A stretch of 64,000 bases of DNA from Podarcis bocagei. Lineage: Eukaryota. The stretch lies in NCBI GenBank assembly GCA_964188305.1, contig OZ076889.1, one strand, 5' to 3'. This document shows, in pieces, positions 52,919-64,000 of the stretch. Positions within the stretch are counted from its first letter, which is position 1, and the number at the start of each line of letters is the position of its first letter. Under the pieces are notes generated by a model. That model made no database searches. It was not told the DNA's origin and saw only the letters and a program-made list of their open reading frames with translations. The position numbers and the translations under genes were made by a program.

Positions 52919-54894
52919 GTGAGTTTTGATAGACTGTTCAGAGATGCATGGGTCTAGTTGGTGACTGGCAGGTTAGACAAGAGGATGGATGAATGGATGT
53001 GTATTTTGAAGGATGGCTAGTAAGCAAAAATAAAAGCTGCTTTAGGGGAAGTGACTTGACACATGTCCCCTTTCTCAAAGTTCAAATCAAGTTTTCAATG
53101 TTGTTATAGAATGCAATTAAATATTATGAGAAATATTTCTCCTGGAAGCAGAAAATGCTGGCATGTCATGGACCTCTGATGCTTCAGATTTTGCCATTGC
53201 AGGTACATGAGAAGCAGTGGAAGTATTAAAGGGAAGACAGCATTTTAAATGGTCCTTTTCTTCACAAAATAAATTGGAATCAATTGGAAAGCGTTCGTAC
53301 CCGTTGACTGGATAGACTTTCCTCCAGTGTGAGTTTCACCACTGCAAAGCAGAAGGACAATTACTTTGAAACAGAAAGATCTGATAATTGGCAGAGAAGG
53401 GCTGAGAAACTTTTTATCTAATACTTTTACTATTGCCCAAATTTCACGCTGTTTTGCCCTTAGCACCCTCTTTGGCAGCCTTGTAGTGCTGCTTCTCTTG
53501 GGATCTGCATATCTCAATCTCTCTTTTTCTGTATCTGGAGTACAAGAGGAAAGTGCATGAATGCCAGATGCATGATACACAAAAGGAAGGGGAATCAGTG
53601 ATTGAGCTGTATTCCTGCATTTGCCCTTGTGTGCTGCTCAGTTTCATAGCTCTCCGTCAGTGACTGCCTCACTTGTATATATCACAGAAACCCAGCTTCA
53701 TTCCAGGTCCCAGCCATGCCAATCATCATGCTCAGGAAGAAGAGGCACAGCTGAACAGGAACATAATGAGCATCAGTAATAACATCACTGTGGTAGTTTT
53801 GTTTTTATTTATTTAGCTTATTTGGCCGTAAAAAAATAAATAAATTTGAGATGGGGGCCTTTGGCTGCCATTCCAGGTAGCACCTAGGATTATTAGAGCT
53901 GAAAATCTAAGCGGCATGTTAAGTAGAGTATTGATATATAAATCATGATCCAGAAAATGTTGTGCACCATTTTACTCTACTGGCAACTGCAGAGCTGCAA
54001 GAACCCAGTGTGAGATTGTGAAAGTAGGCTTTTGCCTTCCTCATCAAATCCTCAAAAAGGTTTCACTCTTGTGGACTTATATGAACATAAATTTAACTGA
54101 ATACAAGTGAAGCTTCTGAGTAAACATTCATAGGATTGCTCTGTTAATGAGACAGTCAACATTTTTCATTAACTTTGCTGGCAAAGGAAGGCAGGTCCTG
54201 CCAAAACCAGAACACTTCTATGTTCCACAGATTAGACATACCTTCAGAAATGTAAGGTGAGAAGGTATCTGTGGATTTATTTATTTTAGCCATCTCTGAC
54301 CATGCTTATGAAGCCCACCAACCCCCACTACCTATTTTCACTTGCAATTACAAGTCAGTAGAGAGTAGCCTTCCCCAATTCCCATCAGCCCCAGCTAGCA
54401 AAGCCAATAGTGAGGAATGATGAGAATTCTAGTACAAAACATTTTGGGGTTGGGGAAGGCAATATAAAGCATATGCATGTGCCTCACAAGTAGAGAGGAG
54501 CAATGTAGGGAAACGCACATACATAATGTTTGGAAATATCCAGGGTCAAGGAACAGGAGGCTAGGAGTTTGAATCCCCTTTCTTGGGGGTTCCCTCTGCC
54601 TCCTGTCAGCCATGATGCAGGTCATCATTGCTTGCTGTTACTATATTTTAATACTTGCTTTTGTTATATTTGAAGGCAGTGATGGACTGGATGTGGGCCA
54701 ACAAATTAAAAATGAATCCTGAAAATCCAGGAGCTGGGAGGGCAGCCTCTTCTGAGCAGGGTTGCAATCCCCTGGAAGAAGCAGGTTCATAGCTTGAGGG
54801 TGTTGTCCAGCATTGTCACTTTTGGTGGCTAATTTCCTGCTATGGCTGGTTTGCCAGCTACAACCCCGTATGGACAGAGGTGACTTCGCCACAG

Positions 54895-55420
54895 TGCTGC
54901 ATGCTCTGGTAACTTCCAGATTGGACTACTCTACATGAAGATGACTTGGAAACTTCAACTGGTTCAAAATTCAATGGTCAGATCGCTGGCTGGGTTTGCC
55001 TTTAGCACTTATGCAACTCATGTTCTAAAACAGCTACATTTTCTGCCAATTCAAGCTGCTCATGCTAGTTTTTAAAGCTCTAAATTATTTAAGCCCCAAA
55101 TATCTGAGACACTGCTGCCTTCTCTACAGACCCTCTCAGATATTAAGATCAGCAGAGACGCCCTTTGGGTGGCTCTGCCGCCCTCAGAAATTCAAGGTGA
55201 TGGCTCAGGAGAGGACATTCTTTGCAGCAGCTTATAAATAGTGGCACCTTTGCTATATAGCCTTTGTCAGTTGCTGAAGACGCACCTTTTTATCCTGGTG
55301 TTTTCAGATGTGTGTTTTCAGGACCCACCTGAAATTAGTTTTAACTGTTTTTAATACTGAATTTAAATCATAGTAACCAGCCCTGGCACCTGCTGATGAA
55401 GGGTGGGTAATAAATTTAAC
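54895..55420 (+). mobile_element. Degraded L2 3' fragment
   Basis: Motifs SRLDY, KLQLVQN, QLHFLP and LKTHLF, ending in the tail gatgaagggtgggtaataaattt. Confidence 0.75.
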
Positions 55421-56873
55421 AACAGCAGCAATGTAGCAGCAGCAGTAGTAGTAGATGAAGTTTTCCTGGTCTGGGTTACAAAACATTAAAAACAAACCTG
55501 ATAATGCTGCTGCTGCTGTATTAAAGAACAGCCAACTTATTAGTATTATATGTGAAAACACCTTAAGAGTGGCAGAAGGAAGGCTTTTCTGGCTGCCCCT
55601 TGCCAGCCCCAGCATAACAATAGGAAGGGCTCCCTACATCATTTTTATTACATAGCAAAGCTCAGTGAGGTTCATTTTTTCTCTCCCTGACATATAGACT
55701 TAGGCTACAGTCTCAATTTATCCTTCTAAATAATGTAGGTGGCAGCAGTTGATTCACATTAGTTTTCCTTCTGTTGCAATGATATGAAAACTGAATTTGA
55801 CCTCCGTTCCTTGAAGTGGGAAGAGCGGAGACAGCAATTTTGGCTTCTGTTCACAGTGCTGTTTTCTCTGGCAAATGGAAATGGGTTCAGACTCTGACAA
55901 GCAGACAGGTTAATGCTTTTTCTCTTGGTTCAGGTGTGTATGTGTTTCTGAGCAAATGCCCTCTTCTGCCATCTCTGGAATCTCAACTTCTGGAAGAACC
56001 AAGAAAGTCTTTGCTACTCAGGAAGTATGGAGGTTCTGATCTGGCAAAGTGGCATCAAGGCTACTTCTACATTCACCCTTTGCTTATTTTCCCCTTCACT
56101 ATTGTCATCCTTACTTCCTCCACAAGCTAGATGCAGCCCATTTTAAATGATTTCCAGAGGAAACAACTGGACAGGGTTCAGCACTCATCTATGATGGACG
56201 AGATAAGGAACAAGAATTCCATTCAAGCCGTATTTGTCCCTAATGTTGGTTGGGCTGATTTCAGGTTTAAATTGGATTTAACACAAGTTGTACCATTTTC
56301 TGATGCTGACTTATTAATTGTATTGATGATTGTATTGAGGACTTTATCATAAATGAAAGGAGTAGTCTTCAGAAGCAGAAACGCAAAGGACTTCTCAGGG
56401 TACAATCTTGTAATCCTTTTGGTTTGTAGGTTTCTAAGATTCTGTTATTCATACTTTATGGGGAAGTGAAAGTTTAATTTTAGAGAATCGAATTGATAAT
56501 TAAAGGAAGGAGAGTAGTGCATCAAGATGCAAATTGGTTGTGTGAAGATTGTATTTGTTGTGATATTTCAACGGATAAACCTGAATTCTTTTGAAAGTTT
56601 CTGTGCTTGGTAGAAATGGATGTGTTCCATAAGAAGTGAATTGAAAAGGTGTCAGTAACTGTTTGCCTGTGCAGCTATAAAAACTGGACACAGCAGGTGC
56701 TTTCTGGCAACAACCAAGTGGAAGTGGTGTTTGGTGGACCCTCTGAGAAGTGCCATGCCACACATTTACCAGAAACCCTTTGTGTCCTAAGTTAGGGACA
56801 CAGAGCAAAAATTCACATGTTTTGTAAATATATTATTATAACCAATATTGTCTGTGTTCTATTTTCCACATAG

Positions 56874-56984
56874 GAGCTCTACAGATTGAGAACAGTGAAG
56901 AGTCAGACCAAGGCAAATATGAATGTGTCGCCACGAACAGTGCTGGGACCCGTTACTCTGCTCCAGCCAACCTTTATGTGCGAG
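56874..56984 (+). CDS. PTPRF: PTPRF internal exon encoding the second part of Ig2
   Basis: ttttccacatag|GA ... CGAG|gtaaag, 111 nt, phase 1-1. Translates (G)[36 protein letters not shown], in frame with the 41168-41356 exon. Confidence 0.96.
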
Positions 56985-58302
56985 GTAAAGTTGGAGAAGG
57001 CAAACTTCCATCCCTTTCTACCTTCTCTTCCGTGTCTACACCTTCTCTAATGACCCATGAGACGTTGCAGTGAGAGGTTACCTTTATGATGTATTGTAAA
57101 TGATGAAACCTAAATGCCCAACCAGTCATTGAGTTCAAGCCTTGGAAAGTCAATTCTTGCCACAATTTTTTTTCTTTATTTCATTTTTTTCGCCAGAGCT
57201 TCTTTAATGGTCAGACTGGTTAAACCACTGTCATAAAGGGGGCAAAAGTTCATGTTTAATTATTTGTATATTTTGTTAAACAAAAGCGTATTTGGGGGCT
57301 TTGTGAAATTCGTGGGTCTCTCTTTTTCTCACCACCACCCTTTTTGGGGAGGGTTTATTTATTTATTTTAATGAGATAAAGCTTTGAGCATTCATTTCAT
57401 AAGCTTGACTTGTTCTCTTGCAGGTGAGTTGGTGCATCATGTTGACTCTGGAATAGCATGTTAGTTTCCATAAGCTCTCTTGGTCAACACCTTGTCAGCA
57501 ACAGGGATTATTGCAGAAGCTATTACAATACCTTCCATTCCTGCTGAGAATCAGCTTCAGTTTGTTGCACGAAGCCACTTTGCCAGACTGTTTTCTTAAC
57601 TTGTTATTATTCCTAGATCTCAAAGTCTTTTCACTCACTGCGTTAAATTTGATACAGAATTTTGTGTTTGGAGAGCAAAGAGTTTGGTACTTCATTAAAA
57701 GCTGATGAGTTTTCTGTTCTGTTTTACATGGGGACAATGTGTGTTCTCCTTGGCCAGACCTTGTATTAGCCAGGGATATTAATGTAAGACACCCCTTGGA
57801 GGTGTGGTACTTACATAACAGTGGGAAAGAAGAAGAGTGTCAATTTGGTGCCTTTGACTGGTTGGCAGTTAAACTCTTATTCCTTCTTAGGTCCTGGATC
57901 TCAATAACTACCCATTTAGAAATACTGTTTCCATCTTCATTCCTTCCTCTGTCTTTTCTCTTTTCTCTCTCTCTCTGTCTCCCCACTTGATCGTTGCTTC
58001 CTAATACTCATGCACACGCCTTTTATTTGTGGGGTGGAGGGGAGCTGCCTTAACCAAGCTGAGGAAGAGTTATTCCCAGGAGAAGCCAAAATGACTTACT
58101 GTGTGATTGCTTCTAGGTCTCTCGGTTACTCTCATTGTGTTCAGCACTCATTTTCTACAGGTGCCGTTTCATCTTGCAGAACAATTTCAACATACAAATC
58201 TGTACGATGCTGAAGTTTCAGATAGTCTCAGAACTCTTTATCTGTGCAGCAGAAATGCCCATTTCTCAAGCATAATGTGCTTATTATTGACCTTATATAC
58301 CC

Positions 58303-58309
<7 letters not shown>

Positions 58310-58342
<33 letters not shown>
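58310..58342. repeat. (TG)n microsatellite
   Basis: Read directly from sequence. Confidence 0.95.
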
Positions 58343-58344
<2 letters not shown>

Positions 58345-59287
58345 TCAGCTCTAGTAAAAATAATGTCATATCTCCCCAGAGTAAAGGGATGGTGTTTGTT
58401 TGAACATATTTCATGTTTACATTGTTGTGTAAATTTTTGGACATTCTTAATCACTTTCACATTTTATTTCAAGTATCTTTCTCTGTGTCGAGCCTTTCCG
58501 AAAAAGCTTGGGAAGGCTAATGTTTCACCTGAATACACAGGCTGCCAAGGCAAAGAAACCTCACCTTTAAACCTGCCTGATTCCCTGTTTGTTGAGACTT
58601 TCTTTATTTAGCTAGAGAACTCCCCTTAGATTCTAAGGAGTGCAGTAAACTGTGACCCCAGGTTTGATGCGAAGAGCAGGTTGTTCAGCTAGCTGGCTGG
58701 CTGGCTGGCTCTCTCTGGAGATAAGGTGACACAAGCCAAGCTTCTAGTAAGGATATGTTTCTAGCCCTGTGTGTGTGGCTTATTTTCTATTAACTGTTGT
58801 ATTTCTCAGGCATAAATTTCGAAACAAGCCTCTTTTTATTGTGTATAATCTTTACAAGGTTGGACTCCAAGCTGCAGGATTGAGATAAAGCCCCATAGTA
58901 TATAAAAGACAGGTTACTACATAAATTGTCCCCTGTGGAGGTTTGCCATATGTACTGTTTCTCGGACTATATTTGTGCAGGCGGCTTCGTTTTATAGAAC
59001 AAAATAGACACCCTAACCAGCCCAGTGAAAGACTTTCACAATTCCTTTGGCTCCCAATCCATTGCCAAAGCAGGAGGCTACTTCCCCTGTTTGAGAAAAC
59101 AGAACAGGATGTATGCACAAATATTATCCCCATGTTATATTATTGAAACCATACAAGTTTCATGTCACTAGAGGCAAGGAATACTGTAGCCATGATGACC
59201 CCTTCTTGCTTGCAAACTGTCCTGAGGTAGGGTTGGTTTGCATCAGGGGATGGAGTATTCAGTTTTCCCACTGCTGTTCCTGTGTGG

Positions 59288-59290
59288 GTA

Positions 59291-59332
<42 letters not shown>

Positions 59333-59358
59333 CACGCACACACACACACACACACACA
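59288..59358. repeat. Compound (TG)n(CG)n(CA)n self-complementary microsatellite
   Basis: About 70 bp of uninterrupted purine-pyrimidine alternation. Confidence 0.95.
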
Positions 59359-59799
59359 GCTGCTTTTATCCCAACCAAGGTTCTGGATTCCTGGTAACCT
59401 TGAAATCACAGGTTTGGACCTCATAAACGAAAAGATGAGGGTTGCAGTTTCAAGGGAAAGTGGCTGGTAAAGGAAGGTTAAGAATCACATTTACTCATTC
59501 CCCTTTACTCCTCCTCCTCCCTCCTTGCACTCCATCCCCTTGCAACAGCACTTTGCAAGGGAGGAGGAGGAACCATTCAGGGATTTGTTACCCATAGCTG
59601 CAACATAACATGTAGCTTGTCCCTTACCCTTGTTCAGATGTGCATCCAAAGAGTTAGAAGCATCCTACAGTGTGTGGTCTCTGTGTAGCTCTGAGAAGAG
59701 TAAATGGCAAGCCACAGTAATCTGTGTAGCTGGCGCCTCCAATGCCATATAGTTTTCTGTGTTTATAATATAACCTGCAAGTATAATAACCGAGCACTT

Positions 59800-60000
59800 T
59801 TCCTTAGCGCTCATATCATTTTCATAACTCCTCTCAGTAATCCTTACACTCTGTAAAATAGACCACTATCAGTATCCACATACTGCAAATTAGGAGGTGA
59901 AACTGAGAGAGACCTGCTTGTTGGGAGCAAATCCTAGCTGAGCTCTTTTAACTGGGTACTTCCTCTCTCTTAGACCACACCTTTAACCACTTCCCTACAT
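59800..60000 (-). mobile_element. Highly degraded MIR/CORE-like SINE
   Basis: aatccttacactctgtaa...gaaactgagag...cctttaaccact follows the antisense CORE-SINE layout. Confidence 0.45.
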
Positions 60001-60811
60001 CAACTAATCTTGTGTACATGGGGAAAAAACAGTCAGTGGGAAAAGGAGATAATTCTTTCCATGAATAAAATATAGCATGCATGTGAGCAGGGGAATGGTC
60101 TGAGTAGCTGTACATAGGCTGAATGTGGCTTGTGGATCTCGGATGGTTGGATTAGCTCTTGCGGCATCCTACCAAAATGTTTTTCTCTCCTAGCAACCTT
60201 ATAAGTTGAAATGGTTGTCACTTGCCCTCTTCTGCATTTTCCGTCAGTTTTTCCCCAACCAGCTTCAGTGGATATAAACTCCAGGGTGGATAATTTGGTT
60301 TAGTTATACTCCTCCTGCACATAAAAAAGTTTGCTCTCTGAGCCACATATGCTTCCATCGCTTAAGAATTCTTGAGTGCTGTAAAACCAAAATAAATTGA
60401 GCATCAGCTAAGAGTTACCCATCACTGTGTCATCCAGATTATGTCAGCCCAGTTAGTAATGCAATTTTGAAGGAATTATTTTTATGAACAATAAAACTGC
60501 TAATTGAATCAACTATTAAAGTAAAATGTTGACCCACAAAACCAGAGATTGGTTAGGCTGCAATCCTGTACCCACTTATTTACATGGGAGAAAGACCCAC
60601 TGAATTCAGTGGGAGTTGCTTCTGAGTAAATAGATGGAACTGTTACTACCTTTCTGTACGAGAAAGCTGATCACATTGTGAGTTTTTTAAAAATGTTAAT
60701 CTTCATAAGTCTTATGCAGAAAGGTGCTATGATTAAAAAAACACCAACTTTACACTGTGATAAGGCATGTCTTGCCCTTTTTCTGGAAAAAGAAGTTAGA
60801 AGTGTAACTGG

Positions 60812-60868
<57 letters not shown>
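60812..60868. repeat. (AAT)n microsatellite
   Basis: Read directly from sequence. Confidence 0.95.
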
Positions 60869-60869
<1 letters not shown>

Positions 60870-63800
60870 GGCTACAGTTCTATACACAACTAGCTGGTAA
60901 GAGTTAACATGTAAATATTTTAAATAGGAGTGCTTAAAAATAAATATTAAGCAAGCACACCAGTTTCTTTGTCACAGACTTCTCCAGTATGATGAAATGC
61001 ATTGTATTGTTAGTTAAATTATAACAGCTATTTCTAAATGGGCATCAATACCTACAAATTAGCATATACAATTTTTAGGCAAACCAGTACCCTCTTTTGT
61101 CCTCTTTTGGGGTGATGGATTTTCTTGTTTGGGGTGGGGTTTATTGTGCAAGTAGTCACCCTAACTGTTACCACTTTGGCTCTTCTGCAGAGGATAGGAG
61201 AATGTGCTATAAGGTTTCTACATAAATTATCAAAGTAATTTGATTACTGGGAGCTTCTCTGACCTTATCAAAGTAATCAGGGTTAGTAGGAGTTTCTCAA
61301 CCTCTTCATTTACTTTCTGTTTCTCTGTGGAATACTGGGAACAGCATTGTGCCTTCTGATTGCTTGTCCAATATCACATTTGTTATTTTGATGCTGTTGC
61401 CCCTCATCAAGTGAGACTAGCAGTTGCTGTCAGACTACTGACAGATGGGGCCATGAAACATGGAACACTTAAGGCCTCTCTTGGCTCCTGTAGGTGATAG
61501 CAGAACTTGAGGTTGTGGTGTCAGTTATATTTTGCATATATTGCTCTTTCCATGGAAGATGTAAACTACTGCACTTCTTACTGTCATGCTTTTAAGTCCC
61601 AGTGTTCGGAAAAGAGCAGGAGGACTTGCTTCCTGCAGTGCCAGAGATAAGGGATGAAGAGAAGGGCTCTGGGGAGAAAGTGAGCATTCCAATTCACTAG
61701 GTGTTGGCATATTTACTGATAAAGTAGGCACAATTTCAACATGAGATGAGGTGTAGCTGCTTCCATCCAGGGTCTTTCCAGAGCAGACTCAGCTGCAGAT
61801 GTTCATTTCCTATAATCCATTAGTATAAGAAGTGATTAAGAGATAATCCAGCAATTAGTAACAAATTACAGGCCCCAAGATCATTCTTGACTGACGGGCT
61901 AGAAAGTTATCTGTTTGTATTAGTGTGCTTCATAAGTGAACCTTGCTTACTGTAATCTAAAGTACAAACATGTGGGCAAACCATTACAGCTTGCCTGGCC
62001 TGGGCTTTGTACTGATGAGTTGTATAGCATTGCTGTGCACCTCAGATAGCACAGTCTTCTTTTCATATTGCCTACCTCAGTGTTAGTTCCTTTTTTGTGG
62101 AATGCTGGTAATTTTGCAAAGTAGTTGCCTCTATGCAACTACTTTTCACTGGGGTAGTAAAACTGTATCTGGGCTGATACATTTCAGACCGCTAGTGGGG
62201 TTCACATGATTCAATGCTCTTTTTCCTATAAAAATATCACCTCCACCTAGAAAACTAAATGTCAAAGGGAAAGATTCTAGCCTAGCCTTCTCTCAGAGAA
62301 TACTAATTTACTAACATACAGGAATTATTATTAATATTTTGGCGAATCTTTATGTAATCCTCCTATCTCTACTCTGAAGCGGTACAGCCCCAGACACAGG
62401 TCTGCTCACCTCACTGAGAAATGTAGGTCTGCACTGGGGAACTGAGCCAGAATTCAAACCCACCCAAATTGCTGAAGTCCCAAAGATTTGAACCTTTTTT
62501 TAATAGGAAGGTTATATAGCTGGGATTCTAATCTCTTCATACAACAGATTAGGTTCAAATAATAGAATCTTATGAACAATCATTTGACTACATATCCAAA
62601 GGCGGAACCTTTGCCATCTTCCCATCATCCCCTGAAACAACTGTGGAACTACAAATGTGGTACAATCCTCCTGTCACACTCAGAAAAGACAAAGTACTTT
62701 TTCCATTCACTCCTGGGTGGTGACAAAGGAGTAAGCAGAACTAAAACTATATTTCCACTTTCTGTACTTAATGGCTACTGCAACACACTTCACTCTGGTC
62801 CTTGAGCAAGTGAGCACATACTCTTCGATTCTATGCAAAGAGAGGAGTACAGTGCTTCCTTTCCCCTTCCTCCCCCACATCTATTGTGTATCAGTGCTGA
62901 GAATATGCACTGTGGAGTATATCTTAGCTTCCATGGTACTTCTTGGTGCAGTCTGTTTAAGGAGCAGGTAGGTGGCTGCCCATCATGAAAACTAGCTGAA
63001 ATCCCATCCTCTCTCATCCTTGCAAATGAATTACTGATGGAACCAACCATACAGTGTATATCTTTCCCATTAAGGGTTTTAATTGAGAGTGTGTTCTGCT
63101 GACAGGCAATGTCCTCCCCCCACACCCGCCGTGCCTTTTCCCACCCTTAAAATGTGACTCATAAGCAGTTTCTAACCACCAGAACAGTCTCTGCATTCTC
63201 TCAGCAAGGGTTCAATTTCAGGCGATTCACCACAGATATTAGCTGCTATAAGGTCATTCCTGCAAAGGAAACGAGGTCTTCCATGCCCTTCAGGGAAACA
63301 CAACTAACCTCTTACTGTCTCTCCTGCAGGAACAAAAACAGGAATGTACTGGATTGCCCTGCTGATTTGGGGTGATCGTTGCTTTGACTTCTTGCCCTCC
63401 TTTCTTTCCCAGTTCAGTGCATCAGGGGTCCTGACACAGCAACTGGTTTACACTGCACTAATGTTTCTCTGCTGCTTTTAGCTCTGTTTGGAAAGAGGGA
63501 GAAAGAGGCTCTTCATGCTTAAAGAATTTCCATTGTTCACCAGGACTGCTTCCTCTGTGTTGAGGAGTGATGGGGCGTGTGTGCAGATACTGAGCTGTGT
63601 GAGAGAGGCAGATGGGGGTTAAAGTGCCTCCGCTACTGTCTGTACAGTTGGAACGGAGCTTGGCACTTGACTGAAAATCCTGTGGTGTCTGAAATGTGGT
63701 GGGTATGTCCATGAGTGTGTGCACACTTGTTCTTGCCTATACTTGGCCAGAAGTGGGGGCAGCCTACCAAAATCAACTTGGCTCTTGGTGTTCCTGGGAC

Positions 63801-64000
63801 ATGTGCTCCTATATACTGAGGGTCTGGTTGTGTGCATCTGGATGAGGAAGAGAAGCTGAATCCAGTGTTCTGTGGCAGGAATGTTTGTTTGTGAGTGTGC
63901 GTGCGCAGTTGCACAGTGGGTAGTCCTGGCCGGTCTCTACCATCATGTCTTGTTGTTTCAGTGCTGTGCAGACACATGCAGCTTGGCCTGTTTTTACTCT

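Noticed and set aside
56871-56876. NAGNAG tandem acceptor (TAG GAG)
   Set aside because: A distal GAG acceptor is rarely used and would delete a conserved Gly; no support.
41168-56984. Assignment to PTPRD or PTPRS
   Set aside because: QIP..FPTID and GGTPIR look PTPRD-like, but EKAR, EISWF and ATSNG match LAR/PTPRF. Synteny would settle it.
56985-64000. Mini-exon B (12 nt, ELRE/DQRE-like) and the Ig3 exon
   Set aside because: No AG-12nt-GT with such a peptide and no VRRV.PRF exon found by eye; they probably lie downstream of the window.

Overview
Vertebrate genomic DNA, most likely from a squamate and probably a lacertid lizard (Sauria SINEs with ACCTTT tails). It appears to be almost entirely intronic sequence of a type IIa receptor tyrosine phosphatase gene on the + strand, best matching PTPRF/LAR. 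Two constitutive phase-1 exons encode the Ig2 domain (41168-41356 and 56874-56984). Between them lie a clear 18-nt mini-exon A (GGTPIR, 50714-50731), a probable 9-nt microexon (49641-49649, VFF) and a candidate 25-nt frameshifting microexon that begins with a recursive-splice motif (52894-52918). I did not find the upstream Ig1 exon or mini-exon B. The rest is transposon-derived or unannotated: a young 5'-truncated CR1, an old CR1 interrupted by an LTR-like insert, DIRS remnants, L2 pieces, Sauria and tRNA-derived SINEs, Tc1/mariner, hAT and Harbinger MITEs, and microsatellites. Nearly all ORFs in the supplied track look spurious. There is no evidence of a new multi-gene system; the most novel-looking signal is the splicing architecture around mini-exon A. 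All family and paralog assignments come from recalled consensus sequences, not database searches.
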